A DNA stretch of 64,000 nt, taken from positions 22,196,001 through 22,260,000 of the forward strand of contig NC_043021.1 of assembly GCF_006345805.1 (NCBI RefSeq). Reading direction: 5' to 3'. Of this stretch, positions 1 through 13,079 are shown in pieces. The stretch comes from Octopus sinensis. Taxonomy: Eukaryota. Both the position numbers and the translations under genes were made by a program. A model generated the notes under the pieces. That model worked only from the letters and a program-made list of their open reading frames with translations. It ran no database searches and had not been told where the DNA came from. Within the stretch, counting starts at the first letter, position 1. Every line of letters begins with the position of its first letter.

Positions 1-228
1 AAGCATCAACGCAGTTTTTTTTTTGGGGGGGGGGGGCGTGGTGGTACTATCTGATGTCCTCGATGGTTCTAGGAGCTCTGCAATCGAAACCGTCGACCTG
101 TTTGTCCGAATCATTTAAAGGGGCCTTGTTTGGACTCCAAACGGTGGGGGCGGGATTGAGTGAACCGATACGTTGTGGATGTCTAAATTCACCTCCTCAA
201 TCTTTCTATCTTGCATTTCACCCTCCTA

Positions 229-454
229 TTTCTTTACTACCCACAAGGGGCTAAACACAGAGAGGACAAACAAGGACAGACAAACGGATTAAGTCGATTA
301 TATCGACGCCAGTGCGTAACTGGTACTTATTTACTCGACCCCGAAAGGATGAAAGGCTAAGTCGACCTCGGCGGAATTTGAACTCAGAACGTAGCGGCAG
401 ACGAAATACCGCTAAGCTTTTCGCCCGGCGTGCTAACGTTTCTGCCAGCTCGCC
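229..454 (-). mobile_element. tRNA-derived SINE, family A
   Basis: Reverse complement reads GGCGAGCTGGCAGAAACGTTAGCACGCCGGGCG...GAGTTCAAATTCCGCCGAGGTCGAC...CATCCTTTCGGGGTCGA. It has a B-box-like GTTCAAATTCC and near-identical copies at 55436 and 62771. Confidence 0.85.
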
Positions 455-893
455 TTGCATTTCACCCTCCACCACATACTTTCTCCCCAACACACACATC
501 TCACCCTCAACACTCTCACATATACACACATATCATCCACACACTACTACGTAGAAACGTGCCTCCCACCGATTAACCCTCCCCCTTCATTCACATCTTT
601 CCCTTTCACACACACACACACACACACACACATATAGTGCTTTGATCCATTACTGAAAGAAGCTTTTATCCCGTCGCTTAAAAAGTCATCAATCGTAGAT
701 ATGACGTCATTATCATTGCGATACTGGTTAAACTGCATGCCATAAAGAACGCCTTATGTTTGAATCCGCAGCATTGCGGCGGCTGATATAGTTTTTATAA
801 ATGCTAAGTGTTGACTGATTATAAAGCCGCCCTGCAAAGGCAGGGAAGTAATGAAATGAAAAATATCTATAAATTTTCAAGTTACTCAGAACA

Positions 894-1392
894 TCTTTAT
901 ATATAAAAGTGAGGTTGTGTGGTGTCTGTCTCCTCCGATTTAGATTCCTAACTACTCCCACATTTTGCGGTGCAGTTTAACCAAAAGCGGGTATCTTATA
1001 GTCGTGATTCATATCGAGCCCTTCTGGGTATTAGCGCGCGTCTACGATGAGTCTACGATTTAAAAAAAATTTACCATAATTTTTTTCCATTTTAATGAAT
1101 TTTTTCGCTATTATATAAGGGAAGTAACTCTCTAAAAATGTCTACGATGAGTCAACGATTTAAAAAAAAATTTACCATAATTTTTTTCCATTTTAATGCA
1201 TTTTTTCGCTATTATATAAGGGAAGTAACTCTCTAAAAATGTCTACGATGAGTCAACGATTTAAAAAAAAAATTACCATAATTTTTTTCCATTTTTAATG
1301 CATATTTTGGTTATTTTTTGGCTATAACTCTCTAAAAATGCTTTTATAGTTATTTCCCTTACAACCCAAGCAACGCCGGCCGATACTGCTAG
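894..1392 (+). mobile_element. Non-autonomous Helitron with internal ~110-bp tandem repeats
   Basis: Starts TC (TCTTTATATATAAAA) and ends GCAACGCCGGCCGATACTGCTAG. Inserted between A893 and T1393 with no TSD. Homologous to 11776-12311. Confidence 0.8.
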
Positions 1393-2172
1393 TTGTTTAT
1401 ACAATTATATTTAAATATTTTTAGGATTTCATATATCTCTCTTCATATTTATAAATGTTGTACTTTAGAACGAAGAAAAACTTTTGAAGAATAAACTCTG
1501 TCCTTTTCTTAACTGACGAAACACTAATATAATGATACGCTATGTTTATAGATATAGATATTCAACTAATACCGGGAAGATATTCAAGTTTTTACATGAA
1601 GATGAATTCAAATCTATAGAAATAAAGATGCGAAACATTTTCATGTTTCCATTATGCGAGAACCAGATTCCCTATCGATGAATCAATGTATATAACTACG
1701 CACGTGCTATTGGCGATTTCTTTTACTTCTTTGGTATTTTCCTTTTCTCTTTTCCGACGAAGTGTTATGCTAGAAATGTCACAAACTCTGTCTTTTTACT
1801 GAGCGTCAAACTAATACGTTCTTTGTGCTCGTCTTCTTCTTGACTGCGTATCTCTTCCAGGTGGTGCTATTAAATTAGACATGGCCTGAGTCAACTTCGG
1901 CCGAAACTTATCTAAGTAATCTAATCTATGCTGTAACCCTTTAATCAAAGCATGACAACGCGTGTAGAGGCTGATAGCTTAACACTTCTGATGGTCTTAA
2001 GTATAAAAAATATTACTAAAGATTTATATGGAACTACATTTACAGTATGTCTATAAGCTATTGTGTTTAGACCTGGTTTCTATCCACGAGCTATTCCATT
2101 TTGTAGATGCAATTTTTTAAAAATAAAACACACCGAAATTTAAAATGATATGCCTGTGTTAATTTCTTTTTT

Positions 2173-2305
2173 TTTACCCCCCGCCAAGGAGGTTATGTTT
2201 TTGCCAGCGTTGGTTTGGGAAATTGGGCGATTTTCAGTACGCGTGTATATGGGTGGGAATGAGCTGCTTGGCGGAGGTCGGCGCTCACCGAGTGCTTTTC
2301 TAGTT
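2173..2305 (+). mobile_element. Helentron/HINE (DINE-1-like) non-autonomous element
   Basis: Subterminal inverted repeats TACCCCCGCCAAG (2175-2187) and CTTGGCGGAGGT (2267-2278), a 3' hairpin GCGCTC-ACC-GAGTGC, then TTTTCTAGTT. Poly-T flanks. Confidence 0.55.
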
Positions 2306-2891
2306 TTTCCTTTATTTGAATTGCCTATACACACACACATGCAGAGGCGGGAAGACGCCAACCGATGTCTGTGTAAGATGCCTTTCAAAGTGAGATGAGG
2401 CCTTGCACACAGCCAATTCCACTCTAGGAGCAGCAATGACAGATACACCAAAAAACAAGAACAAGCCAGCATCAATGGCTGCCATTGAGTCGTAGCTTTT
2501 AAGTCAGACATTTTCTTCACATAGAGTGATGTCCCAACAAGGCCTAGGCGATGTCTATATTTTAATATTCATGATTCACCGTTGACTGAAACCGTTGTGC
2601 CAGGCATTGTTGAAAACATTTCGATTCTCAGCGTAGCCATTGTGTTATTGTTTTTTGCATCAGAGTGACCAGTTTCTCGATGGTTGTGGCAGAAATATAC
2701 CGCTGACTTTGAGAAACAGTTAGATTTAGCCTGAGCAGACGGAATTTGGTGGCCACAGAATTTCATGAGTTCATCCACCCTTTGACAGGATTTTGTATTC
2801 CATCATGGAGGATGTCCAGTCACCCTACACACTCAGCAAGATAAGTCGGATATATATGTGCATCCATCCATCCATCCACAAATCCATCCAT

Positions 2892-2932
<41 letters not shown>

Positions 2933-2938
<6 letters not shown>

Positions 2939-4876
2939 TTGGTTCATCTGGGACACCTGACAGGAAGAGATCCAGTTTTATTTTAAAGACATCTGCATCC
3001 TCCCCATTCAGGTCTCTCATGTCCTTTTGAAGAGCTGTGGACCTCTGAAGCCCAGGCTATCACAGTATCGTGTCCTACATCTTGATGGTAAATTTGGAGT
3101 TCTTGGCACTATGCAGTGACGCCCAGTTCTAGTATTTGTGTAACTCTCGATGCCAAAGTTTGGGACAAGTCCTTCTAGGATCTTCCAGATGTATATTATG
3201 GCATATCTTTCTCGCCTACGCTCTAAGGAATAGGGTCTTAATCTCTTGAGTCTTTCCCAGTAGCTTATATGCTGCACAGAGGCTATCTCCTTCGTGTAGC
3301 TTCGTTGGATCGCCTCAAGTTCTGTGATTAACTTGACACTGGATGGTGACCATAGCTGAGGGCAATAGTCAAAGTGACTTAGGACAAGTGTCCTCCAGAG
3401 GACCATCATGGTTTCCTGGTCTCTTGTTCTAATGGTTCTAAGAATCCATCCGGTCAGTCGCCTACATTTCATTGCCAATTTAGCAACATGCACATGAAAG
3501 GTTGCATCATTACTCATGTAAATACCCAGGTCTCACACTGATTGTGCCTCTGGGATTGCAATCCCTCCAGGTCCAGTGTATTTATTGGATATTGTATTTA
3601 GTGTTGCATGCTGATAGCATAAAGCTTGAAACTTTTCAGCATTGAACTGCATGCTATTCGTTTCAGCCCACTTGTATATTTTGTCCAGCTCACATTGCAG
3701 GTGCTTAGTGTCTTCAGGGTTCTGTATTGCCTGTGAAACTTTTGTATCATCTGCATAACTTGTGATCGTGGCTCTGCGTGGCTGAGGGCATGTCTGAGAG
3801 GGCCATTATGAACAGTAGTGGTCCCAAAACAGTGCCCTGCGAAACACCGCTCACTATTTGCGTGTTAATAGAAGTGGCAACTATCACCTGGTAGTCAGAA
3901 AGTCTTGAAGCCATTCTCCAACAAATTTTCCAACTATGCCAAAATCACGCAGTTTGTGACATATCATTCCATGATCGACTTTATCAAAGGCCTTTGCAAA
4001 GTCAGATATATGACTTCTAAATTTGAGTGGTTGAGCAGTCATTTCAGCACCCAGTGTTGTAGGAGCTGGGTTAGGCAGCTTCTTCCTGGTCGGAAACCAT
4101 GTTGGGTGTCAGGCAGCAAGTCATTTTCTTCAAGGAAGGTGATTAGTTTCCTTCTGACTATTCGTTCCATGACCTTGCTGATGTGTAAGGTCAGAGAGGT
4201 AGGTCTGTAGTTCTTGGCCTCCGCTCTGCTAGCTCTTTTATGAATAGGGCATATTTTACCTTCCTTCAGTTTTCTTGGAAGTTTGCCAGTTGCAAGGAAG
4301 CTCTGAAAGAGGAACTGCAGTGGTCTTGCTAGGACTCTCTTACATACATTTAGAAGGATTGCTGGGAATCCATCGGGGCCAGTAGCTGAGTTTGTTTTCA
4401 TTTCATCTATAGCCTTTATTACATCACCTTCCTTTATATTGATGTAATCAATCATCGCTGCCTCTGATTTTATATCTGCAGTGGTAAAGACATCAGTTGG
4501 AATGCTGACTTGAAAATGCCCTAGGAGTGGAGTGAAAATACTCTTGAATTGCTCATTTAGTATTTCACTTACCCTCATTGGATTTCCTGTGAGTGTGCCA
4601 TCCTTTTCAAGGAGTGGCCTTATCCTACAGTGCAACGTAGCAGTTTCTTTGGCATACCTGTAGAAAGCTCTGGGGTTAGATTTTATGTTGTCTATAGCCC
4701 AGGCTTCTTTGTCAGCTCTTTCTATTTCATGGGAGAGTTGCAGACATTTTTCAATTTCCAACAGTTTTATTTTCAGGCGGGACTTTTCACTGTTTTCAAT
4801 TTGTTTGTTTAGGCGATTTGAAAGTTTTGTACGCCGTCTCATTAGAATTTTCCTCTCTCTGGGGATTTTGTTCTTG
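2933..4876 (-). mobile_element. 5'-truncated CR1/L2-group LINE, ORF2 reverse transcriptase, frameshifted
   Basis: Translations include [57 protein letters not shown] (~3750), YCPQLWSP, YSLERRRER and KLDLFLSGVPDEP. Confidence 0.9.
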
Positions 4877-5306
4877 TATATATATATATATATGTATATA
4901 TATATGTATGTGTATATATATATATGTATATATATACATATGTGTATATATATATATATATATATATGTATATGTATATATATATGTATGTATATATATA
5001 AGTATATATATATGTATATATATATATATATATACATATATATGTATATATATATATACATATATATACGTATGTATGTATATGTTTATATGTATGTATC
5101 ATTTGTGTCCCGAAGTACGTGTTTGTGAATGCTGTGAGCGCCGAAAACGAAACAAACCCAGAAACAGAAACAGCAACAACAAGAAAAAAAAATAATAATA
5201 ATAGTAAATGAAACAAAGATGGAAAGACTTGCTGAAATGTGGGGAGGTACGGATGAAGTTTATATGCATATATCTATCTATATACATATATATATGCATG
5301 TGTATA

Positions 5307-5346
<40 letters not shown>

Positions 5347-5533
5347 TATGTGCATATATATATATTATATATGCATATGTATATATATATATATATACAT
5401 ATGCATATGTATATATATATAAATATATATGCATATGTATATATATATATATATATATAATAATATATATGCATATGTTATATATATATATATATATATA
5501 TATGCATATGTATATATATATATGTATATATAA

Positions 5534-5572
<39 letters not shown>

Positions 5573-6093
5573 CAGAAAGGCTTCTGCTAGTCTTGGTGGT
5601 GGTTGAGATGCCTCCACGATAGATGGATGGATGGGTGGTTGGGCAGACACTATGATAAAGATGAGAGGAGCTTTCGTAGCGCTGCTGCCGAGGTGTAAGT
5701 GGGGGGAAAAATACAAAAGTAAAAAAAAACAAACCAACGTAACACATTTTAAGTAAAATATGTGTGTGTTTGTGTTTGCGTGTATATGCGTGTGTGTATG
5801 TGTGTAGGTGTGTGAGTGTATATATATAATCATAGGTATGTATGTTTTTGCACATCCCTGTATATATGTATGCATATGCATATACTTACATATATACATA
5901 ACATATAAACATATATATATATATATATTATATATTATAGTATATATAATATATATGTGTATATATATATGTATATATATATTATATATATATACAAGGT
6001 ATATTTGTCACAGATTGGCAGACAGAGACAAAGATATACACACACATATACATACATATATTGACATATAAATGTAAATATATAATAGATATT

Positions 6094-6124
<31 letters not shown>

Positions 6125-6614
6125 TATATAATATATAAATATATATATATATTTGTATATATATATATGTATATATATAATATATATATATTTGTAATAT
6201 ATATATGTATATATATATATATATATTATATATATATATTATATATATATTATGTGTATATTTATATATATGTATATATTATACAATATTTATATATATA
6301 TATACACTTTTGGTTTACACACACAGAGCGAGGTAGATAGATCGATAGATAGATGGAGAGAGCGAGAGAGAAAGAAGAGAGAAAGGAGAGAGTCTATATA
6401 ACACCTTAATTGATAAACGGCAGAATTTTTTTTTTTTCGTTCTACTTGTTGTTTCTCTGTGGCGCGCACGCCTCTCCTTTCGCGCCAATTCTTCCATCCT
6501 CCCCAGAGTGTCTAGATAAATGGCTTGATCAATATTTATACAGTTAGCTAAATAGAAGCGATTGATGTAAGAGGCCCATGAATAATTGAGCATGTTCACA
6601 CTGGATCATTGATG

Positions 6615-7140
6615 CTGCCGTTGCTGTTGGTGTTGGTGGTGTTGTTGCTGTCTTTGTTGTTGGTGTTGTTGTTGTTGTTGTTGTTGCTGTCGACGGTCTC
6701 GTTATTGTTGTTGCTGATGGTGAAGGCGTTGTCGTCGTGGTAGGGCTTATTCTTGTTACTGTTGTTCTCGTTTCAGGTGTACGCGTTGTTGTTGCTGCTG
6801 TTGCTATTTATGGTGGTGTCGGTGGTGGAGGTTGTTGTTGTTGTTGTGGTGGTGGTGGTTGTGGTGGTTGTGGTGGTGGTTGTGGTAGTGTTGTTGTTGG
6901 TGGTGGTGGTGGTGTCGGTGGTCGTTGTTGTTGTTGTTGTGGTGGTGGTGGTGGTGGTGGTAGTGGTGGTGGTGGAGGTGTCGGTGGTTGTTGTTGTGGT
7001 GGCGGTGGTGGTGGTTGTTGTTGTTGTTGCTGTGGTGGTGGTGGTATTGGTGGTGGTGGTGGTTGTGGTGGTGTTGGTGGGGTTGGTGGTTGTTGTTGTT
7101 GTTGTTGTGTGGTGGTGGTGGTGGTGGTGGTGATAGTGTT
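6615..7140. repeat. Degenerate (GTT)n/(GGT)n trinucleotide tract
   Basis: Read directly from the sequence. Confidence 0.95.
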
Positions 7141-7329
7141 GGCGATTAGTGTTGTTGTTCTGCTGTTTGTTCAGCTTGAATAATAGCCTCGGTTAACGAT
7201 ACATTCTGTCATTCTGCCTTGCTCTCCCTCCCTCCCTGTCTCTCCCTCTCCCTCTCCCTCTCCCTCTCCCTCTCACTCATTCACTCAAGCACTTACTCTA
7301 ATTGCTTATATATATAAGTATCTATGGAG

Positions 7330-7397
<68 letters not shown>

Positions 7398-7543
7398 ATG
7401 TATGTACATGTATATGTATAGACACGTGCATGTGTGCATAAAAACATGCTTATTTATACATCTTTATGTATACTTTTCGTTATATATAGATATATATGTG
7501 AGGAAATGGGGTACACACACATATCAAATAATATTATATATAT

Positions 7544-7688
<145 letters not shown>

Positions 7689-7789
7689 TATTTATATATG
7701 TATATAAAACATAATACCCGTAATTACATTTCCCTCTCTCAATCTGTTTCCGTATATATGTGTGGAAGCGCATGTTTATATATGTGCAC

Positions 7790-7877
<88 letters not shown>

Positions 7878-7997
7878 TCGAGAAACTGGGAAACAGTTTT
7901 TCATTTGCTTTTTGTAAGTATTCGTGCATATATTTTTATATGTGTATATGTGTACAAAAAGGCCCCTTACATGCCTCCATCCATGCATCAATCTATG

Positions 7998-8031
<34 letters not shown>

Positions 8032-8037
8032 CATACA

Positions 8038-8094
<57 letters not shown>

Positions 8095-8592
8095 CATACA
8101 TATATATATATATATACACACGCACTTAATATATACATATATATGTATATACTTTATACATATATTACATATTGTTATTTCATTGAACGTCACACATCCA
8201 TTTCCAAGTAAGTATATATATATATATATATATATATATGGTCCGTTTTCGTACATATATTTAGAAAGTGCTTAAGAATATAACCATACATTTTTATCTG
8301 TTTGTAAATAAGTATACGCGTATGAGCGAAAGCATTTGCTTCAGTTTTTTTTATCAGGGATAAAAAATATATGAGCAGTTCTGCAGAAACGGGGCAAATA
8401 AATGGCTTTTCTTTACGGGTATAGCCCTATCGTTCTATTTGGCTTTTTCTTTTACACTTGCTGATAGGAGAGGTTGGTATAGGAGGGATCCATATCCTTA
8501 AATAATATCAGCGTATTTCCATCGTGTGTTACATTATATATGATGGGACGTTTGTCGCTTCATCGCCATTTTGTTACTTAGAGATGAGACGG

Positions 8593-8636
<44 letters not shown>

Positions 8637-8686
8637 CATACACACGCCCACATGCACAAGCGTGTATGCGCGTACATATTCTGTTA

Positions 8687-10295
8687 TCACACACGTATAT
8701 ACATATATGAACACACGCGTATATACATATATGAACACACGCGTATATACATATATGAACACACGCGTATATACATATATGTACACACGCGTATATACAT
8801 ATATGAACACACGCGTATATACATATATGAACACACGCGTATATACATATATGAACACACGCGTATATACATATATGTACACACGAGTATATACATATAT
8901 GAACACACGCGTATATACATATATGAACACACGCGTATATACATATATGAACACACGCGTATATACATATATGAACACACGCGTATATACATATATGAAC
9001 ACACGCGTATATACTTATATGAACACACGCGTATATACATATATGTACACACGCGTATATACATATATGAACACACGCGTATATACATATATGAACACAC
9101 GCGTATATACATATATGAACACACGCGTATATACATATATGAACACACGCGTATATACATATATGTACACACGCGTATATACATATATGAACACACGCGT
9201 ATATACATATATGAACACACGCGTATATACATATATGTACACACGCGTATATACATATATGAACATACGCGTATATACATATATGAACACACGCGTATAT
9301 TCATATATGAACACACGCGTATATACATATATGTACACACACGTATATACATATATGAACACACGCGTATATACATATATGAACACACGCGTATATTCAT
9401 ATATGAACACACGCGTATATTCATATATAAACACACGCGTATATACATATATGTACACACGCGTATATACATATATGAACACACGCGTATATACATATAT
9501 GTACACACGCGTATATTCATATATGTACACACGCGTATATACATATATGAACACGCGTATATACATATATGAACACACGCGTGTATACATATATGTACAC
9601 ACGCGTATATACATATATGAACACACGCGTATATACATATATGAACACACGCGTATATACATATATGAACACACGCGTATATACATATATGAACACACGC
9701 GTATATACTTATATGAACACACGCGTATATACATATATGTACACACGCGTATATACTTATATGAACACACGCGTATATACATATATGTACACACGCGTAT
9801 ATACATATATGAACACACGCGTATATACATATATGAACACACGCGTATATTCATATATGAACACACGCGTATATACATATATGAACACACGCGTATATAC
9901 ATATATGAACACACGCGTATATAATATATGAACACACGAGTATATACATATAGAACACACGCGTATATACATATATGAACACACGCGTATATTCATATAT
10001 GAACACCACGCGTATATACATATATGAACACACGTGTATATTCATATATGAACACACGCGTATATACATATATAACACACGCGTATATACATATGAACAC
10101 ACGCGTATATACTATATGAACACACGCGTATATACATATATGAACACACGCGTATATACTTATATGAACACACGCGTATATACATATATGAACACACGCG
10201 TATATTCATATATGAACACACGCGTATATACATATATGAACACACGCGTATATACTTATATGAACACACGCGTATATACATATATGAACACACGC
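8687..10295. repeat. 24-bp minisatellite ACACACGCGTATATACATATATGA, about 65 copies
   Basis: Read directly. It explains the MNTRVYTY and EHTRIYIY repeat ORFs. Confidence 0.95.
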
Positions 10296-10501
10296 TGTCA
10301 TCCACATACACACACTGCATTATTTCCGTTTGTGTATGTAATCCCCAAACGCTCCCTCCGTCTCCATTAATAAATGAATACGTAGAAATGTACACACGAC
10401 CCATACATGCATGCATATATATACACACACACACACATATGATATATATACACATATATGTGTATATGTGACTATATTTATATGTATATATGTATGTATG
10501 A

Positions 10502-10544
<43 letters not shown>

Positions 10545-10547
<3 letters not shown>

Positions 10548-10950
10548 TAGTGGCTATGTGGTAATAGCTTGCTTACCAACCACAGGGTTCCGGGTTCAGT
10601 CCCACTGCGTGGCACCTTGGGAAAGTGTCTTCTGCTATAGCCCCGGGCCGACCAATGCCTTGTGAGTGGACTTGGTAGACGGAAATTGAAAGAAGCCTGT
10701 CGTATATATGTATGTATATATGTATGTGTGTGTATATGTTTGTGTGTCTGTGTTTGTTCCCCTAGCATTGCTTGACAACCGATGCTGCTGCGTTTATGTC
10801 CCCGTCACTTAGCGGTTCGGCAAAAGAGACCGATAGAATAAGTACTGGGCTTACAAAGAATAAGTCCCGGGGTCGATCTGCTCGACTAAAGGTGGTGCTC
10901 CAGCATGGCCGCAGTCAAAGGACTGAAACATGTAAAAGAGAGTAAAGAGA

Positions 10951-10951
<1 letters not shown>
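10545..10951 (+). mobile_element. tRNA-derived SINE, family B (CORE-like GCACCTTGGGCAAG motif, internal TA/TG tract)
   Basis: Head GTGGCTATGTGGTAA...GGGTTCAGTCCC; tail CCAGCATGGCCGCAGTCAAA...GTAAAAGAG. Multiple copies in the window. Confidence 0.85.
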
Positions 10952-11022
<71 letters not shown>

Positions 11023-11043
11023 CCTATATGAATATATCTATAT

Positions 11044-11078
<35 letters not shown>

Positions 11079-11363
11079 TATATTTGTGTGCCTATATAGA
11101 CACACACAAACACACATGTACACGCACAGAAATACGCAGACACAAATATATGTATATGTGTCTATGAGACAGAGGCTGTGAGAGTGTGTCTGTGTGTGTG
11201 CGTATGTGTGTGTGTGTTTTGCGTGTCTGTGTGCGCGTGCGTGCATGCGTCCACGGATCTGCTGTTTTCAAGCGAAATATAATTATCTGATAACGTGCAC
11301 CGAAGGAAAAAGAATAACAACTCTAGTTGCGTTTGAATATTTTATCAGACAAGGATACAACGT

Positions 11364-11408
11364 GACAGTGACCACTACGTTTCGCCCGCAAGGGTTCATC
11401 GGACTGTC
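11364..11408 (-). ncRNA. Decayed minimal type-I hammerhead ribozyme motif
   Basis: Minus strand reads GACAGT-CCGATGA-ACCC-TTGC-GGGC-GAAA-CGTAGTGG-TC-ACTGTC. Stem I is a perfect 6 bp; the core has U4C. Confidence 0.5.
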
Positions 11409-11459
11409 TGTTTTGCCGTTATCAGTGAAAGCACAAAGTCATATAGATCTGTCTGTCTG

Positions 11460-11490
<31 letters not shown>

Positions 11491-11509
11491 ACATACATAC
11501 ATACATACA

Positions 11510-11545
<36 letters not shown>

Positions 11546-11775
11546 TATATATATTTATAAATGTGGGTGAAATATTTGATTTAACACCAAGTGGCTTAGC
11601 ACATGAAACTAGGGAGATAATACAAATTTATACATAAATTATGAGAGAGTTACCACTATGTGGATAGCTCTAGTGCTAAAAATAGCTCCGTTCCTAGTAA
11701 AGCCACAGAAAAGATGTTTCCAAGGAGAAATAACATTACACTTAACGGAAGGAAAGTGAAACATATATATATATA

Positions 11776-12310
11776 TCTATATATATATATAAAACTGTAA
11801 TTGTGTGAGTGTCTGTCTCCTACGATTTAGATTCCTAACTACTCCCACATTTTGCGGTGCAGTTTCACCAAATTCGGGTATCTTATAGTCGTGATTCATA
11901 TCGAGCCCGTTTGGGTATTTGCGCGCGTCTACGATGAGTCTACGATTTTAAAAATAATTTACCATAATTTTTTTCCATTTTAACGCATATTTTTTAAATA
12001 AAGGGAAGGCGGCGGAGTTGGCGTCCATGCTCACACCTGCACCTGTGTTGCTTCTCCCCCTTCTTCCCTCCCTCGTGAAGCTGTGGGGAAGGGAGAGTAA
12101 GGAAATCAACGTCGTAAAGCGTTGTCAAGGAGACGAGCGTTCTTTTAGAACAACGACTTCATGGCTTGAAGACACTGAGTCAACGATTTAAAAAAAAAAT
12201 TACCATCATTTTTTATTCCATTTTTAATGCATTTTTTTGCTATAACTCTCTAAAAATGCTTATATAGTTATTTCCCTTACAAACCCGAGCAACGCCGGGC
12301 GATACTGCTA

Positions 12311-12311
<1 letters not shown>
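11776..12311 (+). mobile_element. Non-autonomous Helitron
   Basis: A|TCTATATATATATATAAAA ... CCCGAGCAACGCCGGGCGATACTGCTAG|T. Shares both ends with 894-1392. Confidence 0.85.
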
Positions 12312-12348
<37 letters not shown>

Positions 12349-12411
12349 TTATATATATCTGTCTCTGTCTATCTCTCAGTTTCTTACTCTCGTTCCCTCT
12401 CCGAGTAAACA

Positions 12412-12611
12412 TGTTGCCGCAATTTGGTTGCTGAACATCCTGCACTGATGATTTGTTAATTTGTGTTGTGTGGACACCCCCCAGACGATGAAGTAGGCAC
12501 GCCCAATACGTAGATAAAGAGGGAGAAGCCTAGACGTCAAGACTAGAACAGAGTAGAGTCAAGTTGAGTAGAAGTAATCCGAACGTGCGACATAACCGTG
12601 GCGACGAGGAT
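12412..12611 (+). mobile_element. 5' LTR plus primer-binding site of a truncated LTR retrotransposon (Ty3/Gypsy-like)
   Basis: TGTTG...CGACA (12412-12592), followed after 6 nt by TGGCGACGAGGAT (12599-12611). That sequence is complementary to the 3' end of metazoan tRNA-Ser(GCT), ATCCTCGTCGCCA, as recalled. No 3' LTR seen. Confidence 0.55.
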
Positions 12612-12914
12612 TTCGCAGCTCACACAGCCACTCTCTACTATTGCGATATAACAATTTATTTGCTGAAATCAAAAGTTTCTGACGTACATTAACAAACTCC
12701 GTTCATCAAACTAATATTCAGTTGTACGGTTGCGTATTGGGCGCATGTCAGGTAGCGATGTGATCGCAGAACAACTTGAGATGAAATGCTCTGGTCAAGA
12801 ACAGACCGCACAGCCCAATGGCGCAATCAAAATTAATTGTCCAGTCGTAAGTGCAACACTTTAACCCCCGGGCCACGATTCCTCACACACATATATATAG
12901 GTGCGTGTGTATGA

Positions 12915-12965
<51 letters not shown>

Positions 12966-12977
12966 TAGATAGATAGT

Positions 12978-13039
<62 letters not shown>

Positions 13040-13041
13040 TA

Positions 13042-13079
13042 GGCGCAGGAGTGGCTGTGTGGTAAGTAGCTTCTTACCA
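13042..13079 (+). mobile_element. 5' head of a family-B SINE, split by an insertion
   Basis: GGCGCAGGAGTGGCTGTGTGGTAAGTAGCTT-CTTACCA; the SINE resumes at 15147. Confidence 0.8.

Noticed and set aside
2540-2850. Coding-like sequence left of the first LINE
   Set aside because: No diagnostic motif; cannot be assigned to that LINE or to a host gene.
8524-9924. 466-aa ORF of MNTRVYTY repeats
   Set aside because: It is the 24-bp minisatellite, open in several frames on both strands, with no splice or codon evidence.
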